A stretch of 64,000 bases of DNA from assembly GCA_038044525.1 (NCBI GenBank), contig JBBSZV010000033.1, positions 7,131-71,130 on the forward strand. The letters are read 5' to 3'. The position numbers and the translations under genes were made by a program. This DNA is from Nanobdellota archaeon. GTDB lineage: Archaea; Nanobdellota; Nanobdellia; Woesearchaeales; GW2011-AR9. Numbering within the stretch: the stretch's first letter is position 1; each line of letters starts with the position of its first letter. The notes beneath the pieces are model-generated. The model made no database searches and was not told where the DNA came from. It saw nothing but the letters and a program-made list of their open reading frames with translations. This document shows positions 17,990-28,300 of this stretch, piece after piece.

Positions 17990-20461
17990 TTAATTTAGCT
18001 CTTCGTAGTCAGCTCCAGAAGGAGCGTAGAGTAAGCTGTCTTGCCCAGTAACAAAAGCCCAGTATCCTTCTCCAGGAATCAAGTCTTCCCAATCGGAGAC
18101 GGGCATGGCCTCTTCAGTTAACAAATTAACTTCTGCCAAGTCGGTTAACAGACCGCCACTTAAGTCTTGAGTTTCTTCTTCTTTGGGTACTTCGTTAAGA
18201 CCGTAGTGGCCAACAAGGTTCCAACCAGTCGTTAAAGTTACTTGGGGTGGAAGCGGGATGTTGTTTCCCAACAGGTAGTACTTATCTCCATCGTTGTAAA
18301 GAGTATCTTCTTCACTCATGATGACATAGTACCCGTATCCAGGGATCATTTCATCAAGATCTCCAGCTTCTCCGGAATAGAAATACCATTGGTTTTCTCC
18401 AGTTTCCGGATTGTGCTTGTAAGCCCATACTACTTCAGGGTTAACTCCATTAAGCACTGCTTCTACGCTGGTGTCTTGCGGAACAAGCGGGATGGAAATC
18501 AAGTTTTGGCCTGCACTTAGTTGAATTCCGTATTCGTATACGGTTACGGTGGCGGTTGCAACTTCGCTGTCATCATCTCCGTCGTTTACTACTAAAGCTA
18601 CGGTATGATCTCCAAGTTCAGAGTACTGAGTACATACGGACTGGCCTTCATCAGTACCGCTGAATTCTCCATCGTAGTCCAAATCCCAGAGGTAACGGAA
18701 TTCGGTATCGACAACATCTGTTGCGGTTCCCTCGAAACAGACTTCTTTATTTACAACCGATTGGTAAGACCCGTTTGCGTCTGCGGAAGGAGCGACGTTG
18801 TTAACAACAATCAATGCAGAATCGTATCCTGAATCTCCGTCGTTATCAGTAACCTGTGCCCCGACGCTAACTTCAGCATCGCCGTTACCGCAGGTGTAAT
18901 TAACGGATTCCCCTTCAGCTTCAAATTCTTCGCCACCCTCCAAATTCCTCCAGTTGTAGGTCAATGGATAGTCTGCGGGAACATCAAGAGCTGTTGCGGT
19001 AAGAAGTATTGTTTCTCCTTCGTTACAGGTATATTCTCCTGCTTCAACTAAAGGCGCTTCGTTGGACACGTATTTTGTAGCCGTAGCATCATCACAACTT
19101 TCTGCATCGCATACGGTTAAAGTAACAAGATATTCTCCTTCATCTGCGTAAGTATGTGTAGGGTTTTGTTCGGTTGAAGTTTCTTCATCGCCGAAATTCC
19201 ATGACCAACTTACTAAGACGTCGTGGGATTCAGAGGTGTCAGTAAAATCAACTGACATGCTTTCACCAAATTCATGGGCGCTTTCTTCAAATGAAGCTAC
19301 TGGCGCTACGTCAAGCACTTCAATGTAACCAGTTTTAGTTTCTGTATCGCTATGACCTGCATTATCAGTTACGGTTAAAGTAACTGTGAACAGCCCGTCA
19401 TTTTCATACAAAAGGTTTACAACTGGGCTGGTTGAGCTTTCAAGGTCAGCACCTTCAAAAGTCCACTGAAGATCTAATTCTTGATCTACAGTATCTGTAG
19501 AAGTACTAGTACAGGTAACTTCTAAATTTTCTTCTCCTGCAGCAGGAGTGCATTCAAAGTCAGCTACTGGGTCAGCACCATCGTAGGTGTAGGAGCTAGG
19601 ACCTACCACGGCAGTATTTCCAAATTCATCAACAGCAGTTACTACGTAAGTGACAACCATGCCATCTACTACATTAATGGTATTAGCTGAAATGTCTCTA
19701 CAATAGGCATCTCCTCCTTGGGAGAGATCATTCATGCCCAAAGTGCCTGAATAATTAGCAGTCTGAACCGTAAGTTGTGGGTAATTAACAACGCCCGATG
19801 GATCGGTGACTACTGCACAGATATTAACCTCGTCCGAGATATTAGGATCTGTTGGCGCATGTGTCACAGTGATTGCCGGACCTTCTGCGTCAAAATCATA
19901 AGTAATCATATCAGTTTCAAACAGAAAATTATTAGGATTCCAATTGATAACTTTTTTCAATTCAGCATCGTAATCGCTTGAGGGGACTAACCACAATTTT
20001 GCACCATGGCAATTGGTATAACCATCAGATTCACAATAATCATGTACATCAATGTTTGCATCAGGTGCGCTTGGTAAATCTAATCCCAGATCTACTGATT
20101 CTTCAAGATTTAAGTTACCGGACACATCGCTGGATCCAGTTCCGATTAAAGCTCCAGGGTTATCTCCGCCCCATTCATTAAGTCTGTCTGCATAATCAGC
20201 ATAATAGATCAAAGAATATTCTGTTTCTGGTTGAAGTCCTTGAGCATTTAATGAATAATCAAAGGTTGGGCCGCCGTTATTAAAGACAACTACCGCTTGG
20301 ACACCATCTCCAATTACATTCCAATCGGCATCTTTGTTTTCTAAAACCAAAGTGGTGGTGGTCTCATCCACAACGGCACTAACAGAACTCATCGCAATTA
20401 TAAAAATAGATAATATTAACATGATTTTATTCACAAAATGATTATTTTGATTATTTTTCAT
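17990..20461 (-). CDS. Large secreted protein with multiple PKD-like domains.
   Basis: Signal peptide ...ILSIFIIAMSSVSA. PKD-like segments VTLTVTDNAGHSDTETKTGYIEV and TVALVVNDGDDDSEVATATVTV. 823 aa with no C-terminal anchor. Confidence 0.6.
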   Translation of the reverse strand: MKNNQNNHFVNKIMLILSIFIIAMSSVSAVVDETTTTLVLENKDADWNVIGDGVQAVVVFNNGGPTFDYSLNAQGLQPETEYSLIYYADYADRLNEWGGDNPGALIGTGSSDVSGNLNLEESVDLGLDLPSAPDANIDVHDYCESDGYTNCHGAKLWLVPSSDYDAELKKVINWNPNNFLFETDMITYDFDAEGPAITVTHAPTDPNISDEVNICAVVTDPSGVVNYPQLTVQTANYSGTLGMNDLSQGGDAYCRDISANTINVVDGMVVTYVVTAVDEFGNTAVVGPSSYTYDGADPVADFECTPAAGEENLEVTCTSTSTDTVDQELDLQWTFEGADLESSTSPVVNLLYENDGLFTVTLTVTDNAGHSDTETKTGYIEVLDVAPVASFEESAHEFGESMSVDFTDTSESHDVLVSWSWNFGDEETSTEQNPTHTYADEGEYLVTLTVCDAESCDDATATKYVSNEAPLVEAGEYTCNEGETILLTATALDVPADYPLTYNWRNLEGGEEFEAEGESVNYTCGNGDAEVSVGAQVTDNDGDSGYDSALIVVNNVAPSADANGSYQSVVNKEVCFEGTATDVVDTEFRYLWDLDYDGEFSGTDEGQSVCTQYSELGDHTVALVVNDGDDDSEVATATVTVYEYGIQLSAGQNLISIPLVPQDTSVEAVLNGVNPEVVWAYKHNPETGENQWYFYSGEAGDLDEMIPGYGYYVIMSEEDTLYNDGDKYYLLGNNIPLPPQVTLTTGWNLVGHYGLNEVPKEEETQDLSGGLLTDLAEVNLLTEEAMPVSDWEDLIPGEGYWAFVTGQDSLLYAPSGADYEELN

Positions 20462-20607
20462 TTTTAAAAAACCCTCCCCTAAATAGTTTTATTCGTTTGC
20501 GAAGCGACCGCTTTAAAAAGTTTGTTAAACTATAAGACATACATTACATTGCTAATGGCGTCTTTGTTTCGTGACAAAATAAAGGAAATAATTTTATTTT
20601 TCGGTTA

Positions 20608-21375
20608 TTAATCTAAGTTCCCATTCGCTTTCAAAACGTCATCTATCGTGCCGAGGTCTAATCTGTTTGATGCTTGGATAACTTTGAATCTATCGTTTAC
20701 TAATTCCAGAGGATTTTTACATTTCAGCAGTTCTGATGAAAGATTCTGCATCTGCCGCAGCTTTTCCGGACTAAATAGATATACGGATGCATTTACCAAT
20801 CCTGATACCGCATCCTGCGGTTTTTCCCTGAAACTGGTGAGCCGATAGTGTTTATCTATAGTTATAACTCCATGGCTGGAGGCATTTTTTTCCTTATAAT
20901 ACACAATTACGGAAGAGAGCCCTTCTTTCCGGTAGGTCTCTATCATCGGAGAAAGATCCAGAAGGCCGCCAGTTTCATACACTAGAGTATCAGAAGCGAA
21001 GAGAAACAACGGCTGGCCGGGGCCGATCTGGGAAATTCCCAAAAGAATATCTAGCACCTGTTCTTTCCGGTCTTCGTTCTTGGTCACGCCGTTATTGAAG
21101 ATATTTTCACAAGGGATACCTTGTTGGGCAGCCCACCCTACATACTGCTGGTAATATTTTTGGTTAGTTTGGACGTATATATTATTCAATTGCACTCCAG
21201 CTTTACGCAGCTGTTCTAATTGATGCGTCACTATCGGCTTTCCCTCGATAGGAACCAATCCTTTGGGCTTGTCTTTTATCCATTTGATCAGCTGTTCTCT
21301 GTGGGAGCCTTGATAACGGTTAAGGGTGCTTTCTAATCTGGTTCCGAAACCGGCGGCGAGGATCAGTGCGTTCAT
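20608..21375 (-). CDS. Nucleotidyltransferase-family protein (NTP_transferase/MobA-like).
   Basis: The N-terminus reads MNALILAAGFGTRL...PKGLVPIEGKPIVTHQLEQLRKAG. Confidence 0.5.
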   Translation of the reverse strand: MNALILAAGFGTRLESTLNRYQGSHREQLIKWIKDKPKGLVPIEGKPIVTHQLEQLRKAGVQLNNIYVQTNQKYYQQYVGWAAQQGIPCENIFNNGVTKNEDRKEQVLDILLGISQIGPGQPLFLFASDTLVYETGGLLDLSPMIETYRKEGLSSVIVYYKEKNASSHGVITIDKHYRLTSFREKPQDAVSGLVNASVYLFSPEKLRQMQNLSSELLKCKNPLELVNDRFKVIQASNRLDLGTIDDVLKANGNLD

Positions 21376-21792
21376 GTGATCTCTTGAAGATGCTTGATTT
21401 AATTAAATTGTGAACCGTGAAACCGTTGCCACGCGCAAGGAAATGGCTTAGTGACAATTGCACCTCTATCGATGTAAAAGATGTAGAAAACTATTTAAAT
21501 AAAACGGCATTAAATTTAATGTTAGGCGAGGAATAATATGGCGGATGAACATAAAATAACTAAGAATGATAAAAGACTGCTTGAGTTAGTCAAAGTAGCT
21601 AAAGAAATCGTATTAAGAGAAGATAAAGTCCTGTTTGAAGAGTTAGCTAAACATTAATCTTGGCTGAGATTTCTCTATTTTTTATGATATTTGTGGATAG
21701 TCCAGAATTAGTATTTTGATCTTTTCATTTGAAATTCAACATAATTCAGTCAATGGAGTTAATGGGTTTATGAAAAAACTTACAAAAATAAT

Positions 21793-22311
21793 CTACTTCT
21801 TATTCCCCATGTAGAAGAACTTCTCGATGGAGACCTCTTCCGTCTTGTAATTCCCGGAACGGGGATGTGAAGAAGTATTCTGCTGCGGCTGCTCTTTGGG
21901 CTTTTCCTGGGCAGGCGTAAATATCTCTCCCAATTTAGGAGCAGCTCCGGACATGGCGGGAGTCTGGCTGAATCTTCTCTTGACTTCTTCCACTTCCTTG
22001 CGCATGGCAGTCATCTGTTCCTGAAATTCGGTAATCTTCTTGACTAAAAACTGGGAATTCTGCTGGAGAATGTCTTTTACTTTATCTGGATGGAGGTCGT
22101 CAGGCTGGACATGGACAGAATTGGCTGCCGCTGCCGGCACCCGCGGCTCCATGCCTTGATGCATCCGTTCGCGGATGGACTGGTTGTCCCCATCGTTGGA
22201 TTTAAATATTTTTTCTGCTTGTACTACCGCATCATCGCGATCCGAAGCTAATCCTTGTTTCATCAAATCAAGAGCAAGCTTGTTGATTTTCTGTATCCTT
22301 TCTACATCCAT
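21793..22311 (-). CDS. Hypothetical protein, probably coiled-coil.
   Basis: 172-aa ORF rich in charged and Q residues. Confidence 0.3.
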   Translation of the reverse strand: MDVERIQKINKLALDLMKQGLASDRDDAVVQAEKIFKSNDGDNQSIRERMHQGMEPRVPAAAANSVHVQPDDLHPDKVKDILQQNSQFLVKKITEFQEQMTAMRKEVEEVKRRFSQTPAMSGAAPKLGEIFTPAQEKPKEQPQQNTSSHPRSGNYKTEEVSIEKFFYMGNKK

Positions 22312-22752
22312 GTTGTTTCCCTCTTTTTAATGTGAATTTTTACAGAAGTAAAGAGCACCATTTAATAACGTTTTCTATCCTGAAAACAATATCTTGCTTT
22401 AGTTTTATCCGCATACCAAGGGAATCTTGAACGGCAAAACTGCAACCGTACCTAAAAATACCAGCAGCAACCCCAACAATAGGCCGATAAACATACCCAT
22501 TATAAAATATTTGAATTCAATAATCCCCAGTTGACCCTTTTTTTCCATGCAACTTAAGATTTTTTTTAGATATATAAATGTTGCTATTTTTTCTTAAAAC
22601 GAGTGGCAAATATCAAAACAAGGCGAATATTCGTTTCATCTTCTCATCAAATCTTTTGCTGGCTTCGTCAAACCTTCTCGCGGCCTCATCGGCCTGCTCC
22701 TTATTTTCCTTTAAGAATCTTCGCAACTCTTCCAGTTCTTTTTTATTCACTT

Positions 22753-23178
22753 TCATCTTCCGCGCCTCTTTTCGTTTTTAATATAAATGCTTTTTGGATT
22801 TAAATCTTTCGAAAAAATTTCCATGCCGTGAAGCAGGTCGTTATGAGCCATCTTCAGTGTTTTGTTTTCTTCCTCTAACGTCTTCTTATCACCATTTACT
22901 TCTGCGACTTGGTTCTCTAAGAATTTTATCCTTGATTCCATCAAAAGTTTATGGAAGGAAAAAGTAGTCAGGACGATAATAGCGAAAACAGAGATGATCG
23001 CTCCTAATTCCTGGACATTTTCAGCTTTATAACTAAACATCATCAGCAGGAATTGTTCTGCGGAGTAAAGTGCGATGAAGAACGCTTCAAATATGGTTTT
23101 ATTATTGAACGCAAAAGTACGTAAATTTTTCCAAAACAAGCTGCTTTCTCTAAAGATAAGGCCGTGCCAGGAAGTCAT
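22753..23178 (-). CDS. Hypothetical membrane protein with a coiled-coil tail.
   Basis: 141 aa with two hydrophobic helices followed by a KFLENQVAEVNGDKKTLEEENKTLK coiled coil. Confidence 0.35.
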   Translation of the reverse strand: MTSWHGLIFRESSLFWKNLRTFAFNNKTIFEAFFIALYSAEQFLLMMFSYKAENVQELGAIISVFAIIVLTTFSFHKLLMESRIKFLENQVAEVNGDKKTLEEENKTLKMAHNDLLHGMEIFSKDLNPKSIYIKNEKRRGR

Positions 23179-23397
23179 ACTTTTTTTTGCTTGGAACTTA
23201 ATTATAATCTTTGCTGTAACCTAAAATATATCTTAAAGTTTAACTGTCCAAGCTAGTTAAATGCAATCTGTGGCATGTATTTTCTGTATTAATCTTTATA
23301 ACCCTAATTCAAATCGAAATTAGCACGCTTTATGCTCTCTCTTTTCCGACGCCACCCTAGCATAATCTTTATAAATCACAAGACTATCTTTAAGCCA

Positions 23398-25383
23398 ATG
23401 CGAAAAAAGAGGTACACGATAGATAGCAGTAGCCTTAATCTCCCTTATCCGGCTTCTAAAAAAGGACAAGTGACTGTTTTTATTATTTTAGGGATTCTAT
23501 TGCTTCTGTCTTTAACTTTAGTGGTTTTTCTGCGTAAAGAACTTATAACCTTTAAACCGGGAGAAATAATCCCGACGGAAAAAGGAAAAGTGGAAAATTT
23601 CCTCACCAGCTGTCTGGAAAAAGTCGGCGGGGAAGCATTGCAGCTGGTGGGAGTGCAGGGCGGTTATATCACCATCCCTTCTGATGTTGTCAATGATTAC
23701 AACGCCCGTTTACAGGTTTCTCCTGCGCACATGGTTCCTTACTGGGCTTACGGTCAGAATGTACGCATACCTTCTCTTCCGGAAATAAAGGAACAAATGG
23801 ACAATTATATCGAAAAAAATATGCGCGCGTGCTTATTTTCACAGGAAGCTTTTCAGGAAGCTTATGATTTGATTGAAAAGAGCGATTTGATCTCCAATAC
23901 TGAAATAGTAGAAGGAAAAGTCATATTCAACCTGCGCTGGGAAATGGAAATACGCAGTAAAAACGGAGAGATCATTACGGAATTAATCAACCACATCGCT
24001 GAATCTCCAGTGCGTCTGAAAGAGGTATATGAAGTTTCCCGATCCATCGTAGAGAAAGAACTGGACACTTTGAAGCTGGAAGACATCACCCAAGATCTGA
24101 TTGCCTTGGAGCATCCTGATGTTCCGGTAGCCGGAATGGAATTGAGCTGTGCAAAAAAGAAGTGGGACCCTAATACGGTCCGCAGTACCTTACTGGAATT
24201 GATCCGCATCAATCTCCGGGAACTTAAAGTGCAGGGGACTGATCATGTGAATTTTCCGGAAGAATTGACCTATTACCAAAACCATTATGTCTGGGATCTT
24301 GGTTCTGAGTTCAAACATCCTTCGGTAAGCGTCTTATTTAATTTCGACCGGAGCTATCCTTACATTTTTGCCGTAACTCCTTTGAACGGGAATAGGATGG
24401 AAAGCTCCCAATTGGGGGGAACAGATGTGCTTTCTTTCTTATGCATCCAGACCTGGAAATTTACCTACGATATTATTTATCCCGTGCTGGTCAAAGTAAA
24501 AGATGAAACTACAGGATACACTTTCAATACCGCTTTTACAGTGCATTTAGTCAGAAACCTGCCCAGCCGGGAAGAAGCGGTGCCGCGAGCTTCATATTTT
24601 ACCGGTACAGTGAACGATGAAGAATATTGCGGAAACATGAATATGCCCATGACTGTCTTCGCGTACGAATTAGTGGAAAATGAACCGACCGGCGTCTATG
24701 ACCGCGAACCGCTGGAAGGGGTGCAGACCAGTTTTACTTGTCTGAAATATAAATGCGAAATGCTAGAAAGCGAATATGATTTTGCCGGACGCGGGCATGT
24801 TGCCGGGTACACCACTAATTTCCCCTACTGCGTCGGAGGGATACTGCGCGGAGAAAAAGAAGGATATAAAGAAAGCTGGCAGAGATTAGTCACGGCTGTA
24901 GGAAAAGAAGTAGAGCTGGATTTAGTTCCAGTCGCTGAAGTGCCGGTGCGGAAAATCACTTTAGTGAAACATCAGCTTGGCAGCGACGGGAAAGCGGGAC
25001 CAGCAAAAGAACTGTCTGATGAAGAGTTAGGCTTAGTCAAATTGATACTGCGCAAGAAAAGTGATCTTCCCGGAAGCGTTTTCCACGAATCAAGCATAAC
25101 CAAGGCGAAAACCAGCGATGAAGAAGTTTTAGGAGAAGAAGCGTTGGAATTTTTAGCCCGGGCAGATTTTACTTACGAATTAGAGGTCAGCGTGTTAGGG
25201 TCGGAAAAATTTATCGGCGGATATAAAGGAAACTGGGGCGTTTCATGGGATGCATTGCGTAATGCGGAAGAAATAGTGTTCCATGTCGTAAGCAGGGATG
25301 GCGCGAGCGAAGAGCAAATGTTCGATTTAATGTTGAACCTGCCGGAATACAGCCGATACGTTCCCTCGCCGGAAATAAGATAG
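23398..25383 (+). CDS. Large membrane-anchored (N-terminal TM) extracellular protein. First gene of the giant-protein operon.
   Basis: The likely start MRKKRY lies at 23398. The ORF-track start at 23332 has an unlikely leader. The TM helix reads QVTVFIILGILLLLSLTLVVFL. 660 aa with no known motif. Confidence 0.5.
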   Translation: MRKKRYTIDSSSLNLPYPASKKGQVTVFIILGILLLLSLTLVVFLRKELITFKPGEIIPTEKGKVENFLTSCLEKVGGEALQLVGVQGGYITIPSDVVNDYNARLQVSPAHMVPYWAYGQNVRIPSLPEIKEQMDNYIEKNMRACLFSQEAFQEAYDLIEKSDLISNTEIVEGKVIFNLRWEMEIRSKNGEIITELINHIAESPVRLKEVYEVSRSIVEKELDTLKLEDITQDLIALEHPDVPVAGMELSCAKKKWDPNTVRSTLLELIRINLRELKVQGTDHVNFPEELTYYQNHYVWDLGSEFKHPSVSVLFNFDRSYPYIFAVTPLNGNRMESSQLGGTDVLSFLCIQTWKFTYDIIYPVLVKVKDETTGYTFNTAFTVHLVRNLPSREEAVPRASYFTGTVNDEEYCGNMNMPMTVFAYELVENEPTGVYDREPLEGVQTSFTCLKYKCEMLESEYDFAGRGHVAGYTTNFPYCVGGILRGEKEGYKESWQRLVTAVGKEVELDLVPVAEVPVRKITLVKHQLGSDGKAGPAKELSDEELGLVKLILRKKSDLPGSVFHESSITKAKTSDEEVLGEEALEFLARADFTYELEVSVLGSEKFIGGYKGNWGVSWDALRNAEEIVFHVVSRDGASEEQMFDLMLNLPEYSRYVPSPEIR

Positions 25384-25397
25384 GGGTAGATTAGGTA

Positions 25398-28300
25398 ATG
25401 ATAGGTTCGCAAAAAAAGAGATGCTGGAGAATTTTGGTTTTCATAGTCCTGGGGCTGTTCCTGAATCTTCCGATCGTAAGCGCATTAGAGATATCTAATG
25501 TCCGCGCCGAAATTATTTCACCTACTGAAGCAGAAATATCATGGGAAACTGATGAGCCTGCCGGAAGTTTTGTTGATTATGGTCTTTCAGAAGAAACCCT
25601 CGGAAGAGTCGGCGATGCCAGCCAAGTGGTGGAGCACATAGTAGCGTTATCTGATATTGCGCCGCAGTCAACTTATTATTTTCAGGTGCAGAGCGGAGAA
25701 GTCATAGATAATAATGATGGAAGCCTGTATTCTTTCAATACCCTCGCTCCCGACACTACCGCACCAGAAATAAATGTTGAATTGCCGGCAGCGGTGCAGG
25801 GAAACAGGATTGATTTCTCCGGAACCACTGAATTCGGAGCGACGGTCAATGTTTTTGTGAACGGCCCCTTGTTAAGGGTTGTGGCTGCCGACGCAGCTCT
25901 GCCTGACGATCCGTCACAGGGGAGATTTACCATCACTGATCTGGCTCTGGACAGCAATAAGGATAATCTGGTTAAAATAGAAGTGATTGACCTAGCTGGG
26001 AATGATGCATCGATGCAGGTGACCGTATTTTCAGACACCAGCAAACCAAAATTGGATTTGGTGGTCCTGCCGGAGTTCGTGAGCGAGAAAAATTTTATCC
26101 TGAGAGGGACTATCTCTGAGGAGAGCTCTTATGAGATTTTTATTGCTGAAGATTCTGTCGCTGAAGGTCAAGGAACTGCCTTGCAGGCCGAATTATCTTT
26201 AGAAGAAGGCGGAAACAAGATCAAGATTGTGATTACTGATAAGGCCGGCTGGGTGACTGAAGAGGAATTCAACATCATCTCTGATACCAAAGCACCTAAA
26301 GTAGAATTTGATTTCGCCAAAGGAAAGGAATATTACCAGGGAAATGCAGAGACTGACATTTCAGGGGCTACCGAACCTGGCGCAGAAGTGTATCTATTTA
26401 TTTTCCGTCCACTCACTTATGAATTCACTCCCACCTTTAACAAAGCTTGGGAAAAAGTTACCGCTGATGCGCAGGGAAGGTTTACCTTTGAGGAAGTAGA
26501 TCTGGAAAGCCCACCTATCAGTTTAGAAGATCTTGCTCCACGGCAAATTCCTTCAGGCTTAAATGCTGAAACTATTTTTCCTATAGAACAGATACAGGCG
26601 GCACAGAAATTTACCTATCATGTGTATTTAGTTGCCGAAGATAAAAGCGGCAAAACAGGATATGCAAAAAAGCTGGTCAATATCAATACCTGCTATTCTG
26701 CCGATTTTGATTTTGACGTGCAATCGCTGGCCAGGTTCCAGGCTCCTCTGCGATTAAACCCGACTTTGCTTGATGACGGCAGGGAAGAAGTAACTGCGGT
26801 ATTTAATTTTAGTTACCGCGGGAAAGGAATTTCAACCCAAGGCCAGTCAGCTTTCCAGATCCAGAACGTCCAGTTCGATAAGGCCTGCACTCAAGGGATG
26901 CTGGAAGACGACAGCACTAAGATAGGATGCAATATTTTCCCGCAGCAGCCGCGGCTGATGCCGAATGCTGATAAGACTGCCTGGTATATCACGGCGCCTC
27001 TTTTCACTACAGAAAAGTTCAGCGATAAGAAAGAAGATTTCTGGGACGAATTCGGCAGGCGGCAGATAACGTTCCCTCTGAAAATTAAAATTACTTACCG
27101 TGATAATCTGGGCGGCGGAAAGATGAGCGACCTTAAGACACAGGTATCTTGTTATGAGCTAGGTTATTTCATCGACATACCTCTCGAAAGCAAAAACATG
27201 ATTCCGGATTTCTTAGCTGAAGAAGGTCTGGATGCAATCGAATTTACTATCGATAAAATTGATATTGTTTTGCCTTATCTGGAAAATGCTATTTTAGTTA
27301 CGGGGATTGCCTGGGTAAGTTCGTTCATAGGTAAGTTAGCCGTCAGGTATGCCCGGCTGGTCAGTTCTAAATTAGAAGCTTTCTTCAGCAAAGGAAAAGC
27401 TAAGAATGAGCAATGTCCGGGGGATCAGGAAAAATATTATACCAAGAGTGAGATCCAGCACTGGAGAGAGCTGAAAGCGCGCGGCTTGCTGGAAGGAGAA
27501 GAAAGATTAAGAAAAGATTGGGAAGATGAATCGCAATCGATAGAAGAATTATGTCCGAGCACTGCTGGCCTGTGGGAAGCAGAAAAAGTTATTGATCAAG
27601 CCTACCGCTGGACCGGAGACAGAGTATTATGCCGGACCGTTCCTGCCGGATGGACTTCTACCAAAGATAAACCGGAAATTGATACCGTCATCGCGGGGCA
27701 GAACCAATGCACTGCCTCCAGCCGAGGCGTACCGCTTCTGGAAATTGAGAATTGCGGAAAGCGCATAGAAGAAAATACCAATATTGCTAATCCTAATGCC
27801 AAAGCAGCGCGGTTAGTCGACGAAGGAGAATTCACCTGTTACCAGTCGGGAGATTTCTTGTATTACGCAAATCAAGATTCAGCGACGACATTGCAAAATG
27901 GCGGTTCTTTAGTGCGGCTGGAAAGAGTTCACGATTTTGGTTTGAGCATTCAGCAGGCGGGATTATACGCTGGTGCAGGAGATTTGATTGCCTATCAGCC
28001 GCCAGGTTCTGACCAATATGTCATCGGGCAGGATAAAACCTGTGAACAGGCGTGCAAAAATCCGCGGAAATCCGGCTACCGAGCTTATGTGGAAAAAGGA
28101 TTAAGGACCGTCACTGCCGACGGACAGGAAGGATCTTTTGGCTGTTTCCAGGAAAGGGTCAACGAATTTGGAGATATAAACCCGGTTGGCGTCGCTACTC
28201 AGGATAATCCTAACGATCCCCAAGGGATTGGTTCCAGACAGTTTTCGGCAGGTTATACCCGCGACTGTTTCATCGATTATCAAAAAGGCGGTGTCACTCC

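Noticed and set aside
21380-21480. Direct repeat GTGAACC/GTGAAACC and a near-palindrome upstream of the nucleotidyltransferase gene.
   Set aside because: It is short and imperfect and could arise by chance in AT-rich promoter DNA.
21541-21657. 39-aa plus-strand ORF (MADEHKITKNDKRLLELVKVAKEIVLREDKVLFEELAKH), and a 51-aa coiled-coil ORF at about 22604-22759 (-).
   Set aside because: Both are plausible small proteins, but they are below a length where sequence alone gives support. They are left uncalled.
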